DNA of 63,961 nucleotides, filler included. It is 3 parts of 3 records of this genome, joined end to end, with 100 filler letters (N's around TTAATTAATTAA, not from the genome) between each part and the next. Parts side by side here need not be neighbours in the genome. Positions count along the whole stretch, not along the records: positions 42,379 to 63,961 come from SRR20825019_1821; 2 more parts are not named here. One strand, written 5' to 3'. The notes beneath the pieces are model-generated. The model saw only the letters and a list, made by a program, of their open reading frames with translations, searched no databases and was not told the origin of the DNA. Position numbers and translations under genes: made by a program. Shown here piece by piece: positions 51,154 to 62,059 of this stretch (position 1 is the stretch's first letter; the number at the start of each line of letters is the position of its first letter).

Positions 51154-52827
51154 TCAGTATTTCCCCTGGTCGCTGCCGCAGAACGGGTCGACCGGGTTTT
51201 TGCCGGCAAATGGCGTGCGGCCCAGCAGGCATTCGACCACCGCCGCCTGCATGTCCTCGTTCGAACCATAGGCGTTGACATAGGTGGGCACGCGCGGCGC
51301 ATCGTGCAAATAATAGGGAAAGCCCAAAGAGACCATCAGCGTGGGCACATCATGCCAATAGCGCCTCATGGCGCCAAACACATTGCCGGTCAGGGCCCGC
51401 CAGTTGAGGAAGATGCGCTGCCGCGTGAGCAATGTTTCCTCGGCCAGCAGATAAAGCACCAGGTCAAAATCCTTGGGATTGACCTGCATGTCTTCACTGT
51501 ACTCGGTGACTTCAAATCCCTCCTGCCGCAACAGATCGGGTAGTGACAGCGGCAAGGGCACCGGCGCAAAGGGCTGCACGGCGCCGGTCGAGAAAATCAG
51601 CACGCGCTTGTGCCGGGCCGGGGTCAGCGGCAACAGCTTTGCTGTATCCTTGACCAGGGTCGGCACCTTGGCGGTCGCCGCGCTGGCGATCTGCTTGCTG
51701 GTGGAGCGCGCCATGATCATTTCGGCCGTGCTCAAGGCCGGCTCGGGCCGGTCTGCCTTATGCAGGCCCAGCGCCGCCTTGAGCCCCAGCACACGCGTCA
51801 CCGCCTCGTCCACCCGCTCCTGGCTCAACCGGCCATCGGCCACCGCCTTGACCAGATACATCAGATCCGCATTGGGATCGTCGGAGAACAGGATCACGTC
51901 GCAACCCGCGATAACGCATTGCGGAATGGTTTCTTCGCGCGGCCCCCAATCGCCAAACCCGGCCATGGGCGTAGCGTCCGAAACGATCAGGCCATTAAAG
52001 CCCAGCCGTTCGCGCAGCAGCGTCTGGTTCAGCACCGCGCTCTGGGTTGCCGGCCGATAGGCCTCCGCACCAGCATCGGGGTCGAGTTCGCGCACAAAGG
52101 CGGGAAAGGCGATATGGGCGGACATCACGCTCATCACCCCGGCCTCGATGGCCGCGCGATAAAGCCGCCCGAAGGTTTTTTCCCATTCGGCAAGGCTCAG
52201 CGGATTGACCGTGGTCACCAGATGCTGGTCACGATCGTCATAGCCCTCGCCGGGCCAGTGCTTCACCGTGGCGGCAACCCCGTGCTTCTGAAAGGCGGCG
52301 ATCTGCGCCAGGGCATGGCGCTCGATGCGCTCGACATCGTCGCCATAGGAGCGCGTGCCCACAATCGCGCTCTGGAATGCCTTGTTGATGTCGATGACCG
52401 GGGTAAAGCTCCAATTGAGCCCGACGGCATGGGCCTCCTCGGCCATCACGGTCGAAATGGCGGTGGTGGTTTCCACATCGTCAATGGCCGCCAGCCCTAG
52501 CGGGTTGGGCACTTCGGTCCCGAAAGGCAGGCTCATCCGGCTGCCCTCGAGATCGGCGCTCACCGTCATCGGCACCGGCCCGGCGCTGTCGATCTGCCGC
52601 ATCAGCGCGATTTCATCGGCCAGCTCGGGCGTGAAGATGCGGGTAATGCCGCCTGGCTTGAAGGTCCGAATGGCCTCCAGCGCTTCCTCCGGTGCGCCGC
52701 GTGACAGCAGCACGAAAAGCTGCGCCAGCTTGTCACGCGGGGACAGGCTGTCCCGCGTGGCATGAACCCAGGCGGTCGCCGCTTCGTCGAGATTGAACGG
52801 CGCAGCGGAAAGATCGATGGCTGCCAA
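51154..52827 (-). CDS. GH3 beta-N-acetylglucosaminidase/beta-glucosidase-like enzyme, cytoplasmic; possible glycoside phosphorylase
   Basis: ADLEG, KHWPGEGYDDRDQH, MSAHI and GFNGLIVSDA. No signal peptide. TTG start with a GGGGAG RBS. Confidence 0.88.
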   Translation of the reverse strand: MAAIDLSAAPFNLDEAATAWVHATRDSLSPRDKLAQLFVLLSRGAPEEALEAIRTFKPGGITRIFTPELADEIALMRQIDSAGPVPMTVSADLEGSRMSLPFGTEVPNPLGLAAIDDVETTTAISTVMAEEAHAVGLNWSFTPVIDINKAFQSAIVGTRSYGDDVERIERHALAQIAAFQKHGVAATVKHWPGEGYDDRDQHLVTTVNPLSLAEWEKTFGRLYRAAIEAGVMSVMSAHIAFPAFVRELDPDAGAEAYRPATQSAVLNQTLLRERLGFNGLIVSDATPMAGFGDWGPREETIPQCVIAGCDVILFSDDPNADLMYLVKAVADGRLSQERVDEAVTRVLGLKAALGLHKADRPEPALSTAEMIMARSTSKQIASAATAKVPTLVKDTAKLLPLTPARHKRVLIFSTGAVQPFAPVPLPLSLPDLLRQEGFEVTEYSEDMQVNPKDFDLVLYLLAEETLLTRQRIFLNWRALTGNVFGAMRRYWHDVPTLMVSLGFPYYLHDAPRVPTYVNAYGSNEDMQAAVVECLLGRTPFAGKNPVDPFCGSDQGKY

Positions 52828-52952
52828 TTAGGGCTCCCCGACTTGTTCTGATTATCGTTCCCACTGGCTTAGCAGCAGCAGAAGATCCTGAACAGGTTGG
52901 AGCGGGGTGGAGCGGCGGGAATATGGCGCGCGGCCCGAGCAGCCGGATGCGC

Positions 52953-52987
52953 AACAAAAAACACCGCCGGATCGCTCCAGCGGTGTT
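52953..52987 (-). terminator. Rho-independent terminator after trxA
   Basis: On the minus strand, AACACCGCTGGA-gcga-TCCGGCGGTGTT followed by TTTTGTT. Confidence 0.8.
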
Positions 52988-53011
52988 GTGATATGCGTTG
53001 GGCCTCGCGCC

Positions 53012-53335
53012 TCAGGCGGCGTGGCCTTCGAGCCATTTGGTCAGGCCTGCCTTGGGGGTGCCGGCGCCGATCTTCATGTCGGCGGCTTCGCCGGCCTTGA
53101 ACAGGATCATGGTCGGGATCGAACGCACGCCATACTGGGCGGCAATGCCGGGATTCTCGTCGACATTGAGCTTGACGATCTTCACCTTGCCCTCGAGCTC
53201 GGAGGAAAGCTCGTCCAGCACCGGGGCGATAGCCCGGCAAGGGCCGCACCATTCGGCCCAGAAATCAACGAGGACCGGTTCGCTGGAGCTCAGGACTTCC
53301 TGGCCAAAAGTGGCTTCGGAAACGGCTTTGGTCAT
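53012..53335 (-). CDS. trxA: Thioredoxin
   Basis: [11 protein letters not shown] and VRSIPT. Confidence 0.96.
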   Translation of the reverse strand: MTKAVSEATFGQEVLSSSEPVLVDFWAEWCGPCRAIAPVLDELSSELEGKVKIVKLNVDENPGIAAQYGVRSIPTMILFKAGEAADMKIGAGTPKAGLTKWLEGHAA

Positions 53336-53505
53336 GGTTTTCATGCCTTTTGTACTTTGGCGACTGACACGCAGGCCCCAGACCGGGACTATGCGATGCG
53401 CTTTCGTATGTCAGTTTCCGGACAACGCCTGTTGGGTGCCGGTCCGGAAGCGGCGGTCTGTTTGCTCCCAAAGCTGGTGAGAGTCCAGCCTTGCAACAAG
53501 CCCGA

Positions 53506-56500
53506 TCACCGCAGGGTGAAGTCCGCGCGAGCCGCAGCAAGCCGCTCGTCGGGCAATTTCATCAATGATTCCAACTCTGTCCACAGGATTGCCGCACGCA
53601 CCGGTCGTCCGGGGAAAAGCTGACCTGCAACCAACGCATACAATCCTAGCTGGGTGAGATAGTTCCCCGGCACGCCGTCCGCTCCTGTGGGAACCGACGC
53701 GTCGGATTTGTAGTCCACCACCAGCACCCCTGAGTCGTCAACCACTACCCGATCGATCCGGCCGCTCAGCCAGATTTCCTGCCCGGCCCGCAAGGCTGGC
53801 ACGCGGAAGGGCAGTTCGGCGCGGCTCTCCGGCCCGAACAGGCCGACAAAGGCGCTATTGCCCAGAATGCTGAGCGCTTTGGTCACGATGCGCGGATAGT
53901 GCTCGGCCATATCAGGCAGCAGGGTTTCCAGCGCCCTGGGTGCCACGCTGTCCCTCTCGGCGGGTGGCACCCGGCCCAGATGCTGCAACAAGGCATGCAG
54001 CGCCAGCCCTTCCTTGCGGGCCGCCTCAGCGTCGCGCAAAGCGTCGGCCTTGGTGGTTAGCGCATGGCCCCCCCCATTGGCTTTTCCGGCATCGCTTGGT
54101 GCCACGACCGGTGTTTTCACCGGTGGCGGCACGGAAGACAGCACCAGTTCGGGCGCCTCGTTGATCGCTTCGCTCAAGGCCGGTTGATATCTGGCCGGCG
54201 ATAACCCCGGAAAGACCTGGGCGACGGTCTCGCCATTCTCGTCTGCCACCGGCTGCAAGGCCTCGCCCAGCCCCATTTCTATGGCGTCATACCATGAGCC
54301 CGTCACATTGCCCTTCAGCCCCAGCGGACCGGTGACATAAAGCTCGTCCTCGGCCCGGGTCATGCCCACATAGAGCAGGCGCCAATATTCGCGGTCGCGC
54401 ACCGCATCGATCTCCTGGCGCAATTTCGCGGTCGCCGGAACATGCTGGCTTTTCGAGGCTGCATGCAAAAGCAGCGGGCCGGGGGCCTTGTCGATGGCAT
54501 AGACCGCCTGGCCGGTCTGGCTGCCGCTGGGTTTGCCGGTGGCATCGGCCAGAATGACGATGGGGGCTTCCAGCCCCTTGGCGCCATGCACCGTCATCAC
54601 CCGCACGCCACCGCCGCTTTCGGCCAGTTCACGCTTGATGGTCACAGCCCGGCGGCGCATTTCGGCAGCAAAGCCTTGCAGCGAGGGCTGCGGTCCCTGC
54701 TCGTGGGTCAAGGCCAGTTCGAGCAATTCGGTCAGCACATCGTCCACTTCCGTGCCCAGCCGGGCGTGGAAGCGCTTGAGCCCGCCTTCGGCATAAAGCA
54801 CGCCGGCGAGAAATTCGAAGGGCCGCTCCATGTCGAGCGCAGCCCGCCATCGCCCCACCCGGTCTGCGGCAAGCCGGGCCGCCTCACCTTCGGCTGCAAA
54901 CAGCGCCGACCACAGGCTCTGGCCCGACGCGCGCGGCTGGGCGATGGCATAAAGATCGTCTTCGGTGAGGTCGAACAGAGGCGAGCGCAATAGCGCGGCC
55001 AGTTGCAGATCATCGGCCGGATTGAGCAGCACGTCGATCAGCGCCAGTAAGTCCAGCACCGCGATATGGCCGGTCACCGCCAGCCGGTCGGCGCCTGGTG
55101 TCGGCAGGCCCTCACTGCGCAGGGCCCGGATGATTTCCTTGAACAGGGTGCCGCGCTTTTGCACCAGGACCAGCACGTCATCGGCGCGTATGGTCCGGTT
55201 CCGTTCGCCCAGCACCCGCCCTTTTTCGATCCAGCCCCGGATTTCCTTGGCGATGCGCAGCGCCACCTGCCTGTTGGCGCTCTGCTCGGCCTCTACCGCC
55301 ACGCGCGGCCAGGCGCTGGTGTCACGCTCGGATTTTTCTTCCTGCACCGGCGGCCACAGCACCACCTGGCCGCCCGGCTGGCTCCGCGCCGGCTGGTGAA
55401 TGACCTTGTCATCCGAGAGCAGGGCTTGCTGGATGTCGGCGCGGTCGCAGACCCGGTCCACCGCCTCCAGAATGCCCTTGAGCGTGCGGAAACTGGTATG
55501 CAGGCGCACCTGCCGGAATGGCTTTTCTGCCTCACCGGCCCGGCGGGCCATCTGCCGCCCGGTCTGCCCGAACAGCACCGGCTGCGCGCCCTGGAAGGAA
55601 TAGATCGACTGTTTCTGGTCGCCCACGGCGAACACCGAGCGTGGTCGCGTCACTGCCCCGGCGCCGGAGAAAAACTCTTCGGCCAGCGCATTGACCACCC
55701 GCCATTGTTGCTCATTGGTGTCCTGGCTCTCATCGACCAGAATATGGTCGATTCCCGCATCGAGCTTGTATTGCACCCAGGGCCCCAGCGCCTGGTTGGA
55801 AAACAGGTCACCCAGCTTTTCCACCAGATCGTCGAAATCGAGCAGGGCATGGCGGCGCTTCTCGATCTCGTAGCGCGCCGCAATCGCCGCCACCACGTCG
55901 AGCACCGCTTCGCTTCGCTCCACCAGCAGCGCCCCGGACAACTGGCTTTCGAGCGCAAAGACCCGCTCCCGCTCGTCCTCCAGCAAGCCCTGCAAGGCCG
56001 GCTTGGCCTTCGCCTGGGCCGCGTTGAGCAGGCGGGCACGGGGCTGCTTGACCTTGTCCTTGTCCTCGGTGACGAAGAGCCCGCAAAGCTGGTGCGCGCT
56101 CATCCGCTCCGGGTCGAGCCGCGCCACCATGTCGATAAAGCGCCGTCCTGCCGGGTCGGCATCAAAGCTCGACATGATCTCCTGCCAGACCGAAGGGCTG
56201 AGCGCGCTGGCCGCGACGATCTCTTCGGCAATTTCCGATGCCGTGCCCGTCACGCCCACCACATGGCGCAACCGCGCCTTGGCCCCGGTCAGGTCTGCCA
56301 GCACCGGCTTGAGCTTGGCGCCTTCCGCCAGCGCCGCCCCGATGGCATCGGTAATGGCGCTGTCGCTGAGCAGGGTGAACAGGGTCTCGACCGCCTCTGC
56401 ATTCTCGCCACCGCGCAGGCCATCGGCCAGCACACTTTCGCGCGCCGCCAGCAGCATCTGCGCCCGGCGGTCATCCTCGATTACGGCAAAATCGAACGGC

Positions 56501-56937
56501 ACCCCCGCTTCGATCGGGAAACGATGCAGCACCGCCTCGCAAAAGGCGTGAATGGTCAGGATGCGCAGGCCCCCCGGCGTTTCGAGCGCCTTGGCAAAAA
56601 GCGTTCGGGCATCCTCCAGCAACCGCGCTGTCGGTTCCCGCCCGGTCAGCTTGGTCAGCTCCTCGCGCAATATCGTCGCATCCGCGACTGCCCAGGCGGC
56701 CAGCCGGGCACCGACACGCTTGCGCATCTCGGCCGCCGCCGCCTTGGTATAGGTCAGGCAAAGGATCGATTGCGGCGCCACCCCGGCCAACAGCAGGCGC
56801 AACACGCGAGTGGTGAGCACGAAGGTCTTGCCAGACCCGGCATTGGCTTCCACCCAGATCGAGTAATCCGGGTTGCCGGCCAAGGCCTGGCTGGCGCTGG
56901 TGTCGCTGGGCACGACCAGATCGCCGCGATCGCTCAT
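53506..56937 (-). CDS. addA: Double-strand break repair helicase/nuclease AddA
   Basis: ANAGSGKT, TIHAF, VDESQD, VGDQKQSIY, TVHGAKGLE, YVGMTRA, and C-terminal nuclease GRIDR...VDYK. Confidence 0.96.
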   Translation of the reverse strand: MSDRGDLVVPSDTSASQALAGNPDYSIWVEANAGSGKTFVLTTRVLRLLLAGVAPQSILCLTYTKAAAAEMRKRVGARLAAWAVADATILREELTKLTGREPTARLLEDARTLFAKALETPGGLRILTIHAFCEAVLHRFPIEAGVPFDFAVIEDDRRAQMLLAARESVLADGLRGGENAEAVETLFTLLSDSAITDAIGAALAEGAKLKPVLADLTGAKARLRHVVGVTGTASEIAEEIVAASALSPSVWQEIMSSFDADPAGRRFIDMVARLDPERMSAHQLCGLFVTEDKDKVKQPRARLLNAAQAKAKPALQGLLEDERERVFALESQLSGALLVERSEAVLDVVAAIAARYEIEKRRHALLDFDDLVEKLGDLFSNQALGPWVQYKLDAGIDHILVDESQDTNEQQWRVVNALAEEFFSGAGAVTRPRSVFAVGDQKQSIYSFQGAQPVLFGQTGRQMARRAGEAEKPFRQVRLHTSFRTLKGILEAVDRVCDRADIQQALLSDDKVIHQPARSQPGGQVVLWPPVQEEKSERDTSAWPRVAVEAEQSANRQVALRIAKEIRGWIEKGRVLGERNRTIRADDVLVLVQKRGTLFKEIIRALRSEGLPTPGADRLAVTGHIAVLDLLALIDVLLNPADDLQLAALLRSPLFDLTEDDLYAIAQPRASGQSLWSALFAAEGEAARLAADRVGRWRAALDMERPFEFLAGVLYAEGGLKRFHARLGTEVDDVLTELLELALTHEQGPQPSLQGFAAEMRRRAVTIKRELAESGGGVRVMTVHGAKGLEAPIVILADATGKPSGSQTGQAVYAIDKAPGPLLLHAASKSQHVPATAKLRQEIDAVRDREYWRLLYVGMTRAEDELYVTGPLGLKGNVTGSWYDAIEMGLGEALQPVADENGETVAQVFPGLSPARYQPALSEAINEAPELVLSSVPPPVKTPVVAPSDAGKANGGGHALTTKADALRDAEAARKEGLALHALLQHLGRVPPAERDSVAPRALETLLPDMAEHYPRIVTKALSILGNSAFVGLFGPESRAELPFRVPALRAGQEIWLSGRIDRVVVDDSGVLVVDYKSDASVPTGADGVPGNYLTQLGLYALVAGQLFPGRPVRAAILWTELESLMKLPDERLAAARADFTLR

Positions 56938-59900
56938 GCCTCGTCCTCCCCGTCAACGGCCGTCCATTCATCGACCCGCGCCAGATGGTCATAGGCGCCG
57001 GCAAAGCGTTGGCTCTTGAGCGGCAGGAGCCGCGCGGGCAGGGCGGTCTGGTGAAACAGGAAGTGTTCGATATGGAGTTGCACGCGCGCGAACACCTCTT
57101 CGGCGGCCTCCATCACGCTCATCCCCTCGGCCGTGGCAAAGGCGCTCGGCTTGAAGGCATCGGGCCCCAGCCCGATCTTGATATAGGTCAGCGCGCTGGT
57201 ATCGGCGGGTGGAATGTCCTTCAGGCCCGCATTGAGCGCCATCATCGCCTCGACCGGCAATTGCGGCGCCTCGAAGGCCTTCATGCTGGCGCTGCTGGGG
57301 GGCGAACCGGTCTTGAAATCGAGGATTTCCAGCGTGCCATCCCTGAGCAGGTCGACGCGGTCGGCCTGGCCGGTAATGGCAAAGGGTTCGCGCAATTTGA
57401 GCTCCCAGCGCCCTGAAATCTCGGCATGCCGCCTGGCCACCAGCGCCGAACGTCCGCGCTCATAATCGAGAAATTGCTCGGCTGCCGTCGCAAAGCGGCG
57501 CAACCAGATGTCGCGTCTTTCGCCAATGGCTTCGAGCCCGGCAAACTCCTCGGTGGCAATCTCCATCAGCCGCGCCAAGGCATCGGGCGCCGCAGGATCG
57601 CGCTCCTCGAAGACGAAGCGGGCAAAGATGGCGTGAATGATCGTGCCGCGTTCGCGCGCATCGGGGTCTTCTCCCAGCGCGTCGAGCGGCTTCAGCCGCA
57701 GCAAATGCTTGGCATAAAGATCGTATGGCGAGCGCATCAGCGTCTCGATCTCTGTCACCGAAAGTTTTCGCGGCCTTTCGCCAATGGGCGGGTTGGGCGC
57801 TGGACGCCGCGCAGGCTCCACTCGGACAACCGCGTCGAGCCGCCGGGCCTGCCCGGCCCAGACATCGCCACGCGCCCGCAATTGCGCCGCCATGCCTTCG
57901 CCCATAAAGGCATCGAGCCGTTGGATCAGGCGCGAGGCCAGAGCCGGGCTCGACCCGACCCGGTCGGCATAGGCCAGAACAATCTGGTCATTGCCCATCG
58001 CCTGGGCAAAGTCATGCGCGGCCAGGCCTTGTTGCCGTTCGGGCGGTTCAAGGCCCGCAGCCAGCCGCATACCGCGGCTCAGCCAAGCGCCGGGATCGGC
58101 AGTGGCCGGCCACTTGTCTTCATTGAGCGCGCCCAGGATCAACACATCCGGGCTCATCAGCCGGGCTTCGAGCTGCCCCCAGATGGCGATATCGCTGCGC
58201 CGCTCCTCAGGGCCGGCCTTGCGCACCTCAATCCCGGTCATCAGCGCCGCCAGCACGTCCTCCAGCCCGCGCGGGGCGAAACGATGCCCCTCGCCGGTCA
58301 GACCCTGCATGTCGGCAATCCAGGTCTCGAATTCAGTCCGGCCGGGCAGGGGCGTCCCGGCGCTGACCGCTGCCATCGCCTGCCCCAGGGCTCCGGCCAG
58401 GGCCGATGCGGGCAGCTCACGCTCCCCCATCAGGGCAAATAGCGGCGCCAGTGCCTCTTCGAGCCGGTCCAGCAGATCGGCAATCTCTTTGCCGCGCTGG
58501 GGCGATAGCGTGCGGGCCGGATATTTGAGCTTGCCGCCCAGATGGGCCGCCAGCACCGCGCGGACCCCCGCAATGCCCGGCGCCGGGCGCTGCCCGCGCA
58601 ACAGCCCCAGATCAATATCGTCCGCCAGCGCCACCACCGCGCCGCGCTCAAGCCCGAGCGTCGTGGCGCGATTGCGCAGCAGCGCCAACAGGTCCACAGC
58701 CGCGCAATTATTCTGCACCAGATTGAGCAGTTGTCGCGCCAGCCGCCCCGCCGAGGCATGATAGAGCGGCGTCCCGGCCGCATCATCGACCACGATGTCG
58801 AAGCGCTTGAGTTCGGCCGCAATGCGCCGCGCCAGGTTGCTGTCCGGCGTCACAATGCCCACACTCTGGCCCTTTTCGAGGGCGGCGCGACCGGCCAGCG
58901 CAATGGCTCTGGCCTCTTCGTCTTCATTGCGGGCGCGAATAATCGACACCCCGTCAAGCGCCGCATCCAGCGCCGCCTGGGTAAAGCGCTGCTCGGGCCA
59001 CAAGGCGGTTTGCCCGGTCGGCGCCAGCGCCAGATTGACCAGCGCGGTGCGCGGATGCCCCGCCTCGCACAGTTCACGCACCTGGCCCACATCGGCGCCG
59101 AAGCCAGCCAGCAATTGGGCCAGCCCATATTGCGGATGCCCATGCGGATTGCTGTCTGGATTGGCAAAGCCGGCAAGCATCTCCGGGCGCATCGCCCTGT
59201 CGAGCCCCGGCAGTACCACTGCGCCGCGCGGCAGTTCCGCAATGGTCCTGAGCAGTCGCGCCGTGGCCGGTATCGAGCCGGTGGACCCGGCGGCAATCAC
59301 CGGCCGGTCCGCAAAGAGAAACGGCGCGGCCCTGGCTTGCCGGTCGAGCCGCCTGCGCCGCAGGTCCGCCGGATCGGCCAGCGCCAGCGTTGCCAGCATG
59401 GCCGGCCAGGCTTTGAGCGCAATATCGAGAAACTTCAGCGTCTGCTGCCAGTAATTGCCCAGCTCCAGCGTCAAATCATCGCCCAGCGCGCGGATATCGG
59501 CCGCGCTGCGCTCCTCGATATGCAAATCATCAATCAGTCGCCCCAGCGACTCGGCCATCGAGAAGATCTCGGCCGCGGTCGGCGGGGTTGAAAAGGCCTC
59601 GCGCCCCTCGTCTGTTCTCGCCCATGCCGCCACCAGTTTGGACAGGATCAACCGCCTGCGCAGCGCGCTGGCAGGCTTGGGGTCTGCCTCCGTGTCAAAG
59701 GGCGGCAGGAAAGGCTCTTCATCCTTCACCTCGCCGCCAAAGGTGCGCATATCCGGCAGCAGGCCGCCAAATTCGGGGTGGCGGGCAAAAGCCTCCGCCA
59801 ATTCATCCTGCGCCCGGCGGGTCGGCAGGATGATGGTAACGTCCGACAGCCAGAACGGGCCTGATTTGTCCCAGCCTTTCAGCAGCCGCCCATCCAACAC

Positions 59901-59957
59901 CGCATCAACCAGACAGGGCAGGAAGGGCGTATGCGGGGCGATGGTGAAGAGGTTCAT
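56934..59957 (-). CDS. addB: Double-strand break repair protein AddB
   Basis: AAGSTGSIPAT, HPQY, LSVTEIETL, GQADRVD...LDFKTG and YDHLAR; ATGA overlaps on both sides. Confidence 0.95.
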   Translation of the reverse strand: MNLFTIAPHTPFLPCLVDAVLDGRLLKGWDKSGPFWLSDVTIILPTRRAQDELAEAFARHPEFGGLLPDMRTFGGEVKDEEPFLPPFDTEADPKPASALRRRLILSKLVAAWARTDEGREAFSTPPTAAEIFSMAESLGRLIDDLHIEERSAADIRALGDDLTLELGNYWQQTLKFLDIALKAWPAMLATLALADPADLRRRRLDRQARAAPFLFADRPVIAAGSTGSIPATARLLRTIAELPRGAVVLPGLDRAMRPEMLAGFANPDSNPHGHPQYGLAQLLAGFGADVGQVRELCEAGHPRTALVNLALAPTGQTALWPEQRFTQAALDAALDGVSIIRARNEDEEARAIALAGRAALEKGQSVGIVTPDSNLARRIAAELKRFDIVVDDAAGTPLYHASAGRLARQLLNLVQNNCAAVDLLALLRNRATTLGLERGAVVALADDIDLGLLRGQRPAPGIAGVRAVLAAHLGGKLKYPARTLSPQRGKEIADLLDRLEEALAPLFALMGERELPASALAGALGQAMAAVSAGTPLPGRTEFETWIADMQGLTGEGHRFAPRGLEDVLAALMTGIEVRKAGPEERRSDIAIWGQLEARLMSPDVLILGALNEDKWPATADPGAWLSRGMRLAAGLEPPERQQGLAAHDFAQAMGNDQIVLAYADRVGSSPALASRLIQRLDAFMGEGMAAQLRARGDVWAGQARRLDAVVRVEPARRPAPNPPIGERPRKLSVTEIETLMRSPYDLYAKHLLRLKPLDALGEDPDARERGTIIHAIFARFVFEERDPAAPDALARLMEIATEEFAGLEAIGERRDIWLRRFATAAEQFLDYERGRSALVARRHAEISGRWELKLREPFAITGQADRVDLLRDGTLEILDFKTGSPPSSASMKAFEAPQLPVEAMMALNAGLKDIPPADTSALTYIKIGLGPDAFKPSAFATAEGMSVMEAAEEVFARVQLHIEHFLFHQTALPARLLPLKSQRFAGAYDHLARVDEWTAVDGEDEA

Positions 59958-60646
59958 GGCTTTAGCGCCCGTTCCGCGGCCGCCAGCCCTTTGGCATCCC
60001 CCACATGGAACCAGGGCGCATCGAGCACCACGCCCTTGAGCCGCTCTTCCTCCAGCGCCGTCTCGAACAGCAGGTTGAGCGAAAACGGGCCATCGGGCGT
60101 GTCGGCGAAGAGAGATTTGCCCATCAGCGCCACGCCGGCATAGATGACCGGCGCGCCATAATCGAGCGTGATCCGGCCCATCGGGTCGAGGCAGAAATCA
60201 TGGCTGCGGGCAAAGCCGCTGGCGCGCGCGGGCTGCGTACACAAGAGCACGATATCGGCTGGGTCTTCATGGCGCGCGCGCATCCGCGCCAGTGGCGCAT
60301 CGCTTCCCGCCGGCCAGAAGGCGTCAGTGTTCATCACGAAAAACGGGTCCGACGCCAGCATCGACAGCGCCGCCTTGACCCCGCCCCCGGTGTCGAGCAG
60401 CACCTCTTCGCGATTGACCTTCAACAGCCCGCCGAAATGGGCCAGCAACTGGTCGGCGCGGTAGTGCGCATTGGCCGCGAAACGCTTGGCCCCCTCGGCC
60501 CGCGCATTGGCCATGATGCGCTCGATCAGCGGCACCCCAGCCACCGGCACTAGCGGCTTGGGCAGCGTATCGGTGAGGGGTTTCAGGCGCGTGCCCAGCC
60601 CGGCGGCGAGCAGCATCACATCGGGGAATCGGGCATCAGCACTCAT
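59954..60646 (-). CDS. murU: Sugar-phosphate nucleotidyltransferase, MurU-like
   Basis: LAAGLGTRLKPLTDTLPKPLV and LLDTGGG; position directly upstream of addB. Confidence 0.8.
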   Translation of the reverse strand: MSADARFPDVMLLAAGLGTRLKPLTDTLPKPLVPVAGVPLIERIMANARAEGAKRFAANAHYRADQLLAHFGGLLKVNREEVLLDTGGGVKAALSMLASDPFFVMNTDAFWPAGSDAPLARMRARHEDPADIVLLCTQPARASGFARSHDFCLDPMGRITLDYGAPVIYAGVALMGKSLFADTPDGPFSLNLLFETALEEERLKGVVLDAPWFHVGDAKGLAAAERALKP

Positions 60647-60658
60647 GCCCCGGATAGA

Positions 60659-60694
60659 ACAGTTGCAGACCGAACCTGTCCAGTCCGCAACTGT
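60659..60694 (-). terminator. Hairpin between accD and murU
   Basis: On the minus strand, ACAGTTGCGGAC pairs with GTCTGCAACTGT (one G-U pair). Confidence 0.45.
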
Positions 60695-60703
60695 CTCTGT
60701 GTG

Positions 60704-61684
60704 CTATTCGGCGTGGGCCGCAGCGACGGGCGGATCGAGATCGTCGTCGCCCTCGGCAGCAACGGCCGCATCGCGCAGGCTGGACTGGTCGGTCAACGCC
60801 TTGGGGCTGGCCGCGGTGATCGCCTCATTGGGCGGCGCATTGGTCAGGATCGCGGCCAGCGACCCGATGGTGGAGCGCAGATTGTGACGATGCACAACCA
60901 TGTCCACCATGCCGTGGCTATAGAGATATTCCGAGCGCTGGAAGCCCTTGGGCAACTTCTCGCGAATGGTCTGCTCGATCACGCGCTGGCCGGCAAAGCC
61001 GATCAGGGCCCCCGGCTCGGCAATATGCACATCGCCGATCATCGCATAGGAGGCGGTCACGCCGCCGGTGGTCGGATTGGTCAGGACCACGAAGAACGGC
61101 AGACCGGCCTCGCGCAGGCGCAGCACGGCCACTGTGGTGCGCGCCATTTGCATCAGGCTCAAAATGCCTTCCTGCATGCGGGCGCCGCCCGAAGAAACGA
61201 ACAGGATAAACGGGGTCTTGAGCCGCGCAGCGGTCTCGATGCCGGTAATGATCCCCTGTCCGGCCGCCATGCCCAGCGAGCCACCCATGAAGTCGAAATC
61301 CTGAATGGCCACGGTCACGGCGCGCTCATAGAGCTTGCCTGTGGCCACCAGAACGCTGTCCTCATTCCCGGTCTTGGCGCGGTTTTCGCGCAAGCGGTCG
61401 GTATAGCGCTTCTGGTCGCGGAATTTCAGCGGATCGACCGGCACGGACGCCACCGGCACCAGATCGTACTTGCCTTCGTCAAGGAAGGTCGCCAGCCGGT
61501 CGGCCGGCTTGATCTTCATGTGGTAACCCGAATTGGGCACCACCCACTGATTGGCTTCGAGATCGCGGTAAAACACCATCTCGCCCGATTCCGGGTCCTT
61601 CACCCAGAGATTTTCCGGCGTCTCCCGCTTGTTGGAGAGGAAGGAACGGATTTTGGGGCGGACGAAATTGTCGATCCAGTTCAT
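60704..61684 (-). CDS. accD: Acetyl-CoA carboxylase carboxyltransferase beta subunit
   Basis: [32 protein letters not shown] and [11 protein letters not shown]. Confidence 0.96.
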   Translation of the reverse strand: MNWIDNFVRPKIRSFLSNKRETPENLWVKDPESGEMVFYRDLEANQWVVPNSGYHMKIKPADRLATFLDEGKYDLVPVASVPVDPLKFRDQKRYTDRLRENRAKTGNEDSVLVATGKLYERAVTVAIQDFDFMGGSLGMAAGQGIITGIETAARLKTPFILFVSSGGARMQEGILSLMQMARTTVAVLRLREAGLPFFVVLTNPTTGGVTASYAMIGDVHIAEPGALIGFAGQRVIEQTIREKLPKGFQRSEYLYSHGMVDMVVHRHNLRSTIGSLAAILTNAPPNEAITAASPKALTDQSSLRDAAVAAEGDDDLDPPVAAAHAE

Positions 61685-62059
61685 GGCGCGGCCTTTCGCG
61701 GTGATCCTGCCAGGATCACGTAGTCGTCAATTGTGGCATTTCTTATCAGGTGGGGACGATGAGGCAAAGCCGCCAGCCGCCAATGCGCGGGGCTGTGCAT
61801 AATTTTATGCCGGCCCTTCTCACGAAATTGTGCGGATAAAGAAATCATAAAGAACGCACCATACATCGCTCCAGCAGCAATAATTTCAGATTCCATAAAT
61901 ACTGAATTGGATCAATCAAAAATAAGTCCGGCTATCTATTGGTATTTATATTTTGGATCGATTAAATTGGTCGCATTTCATGCGTCGACGTGACACCATT
62001 TGACCACAGTTCATCGCGCGATCATCGATGCGGTGAAAAAAATCTTGGAGACGTGCCGC

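Noticed and set aside
55066..59591. Long plus-strand ORFs opposite addA/addB (and similar ones opposite purF, GH3, accD and trpA)
   Set aside because: These are antisense shadows of well-supported genes.
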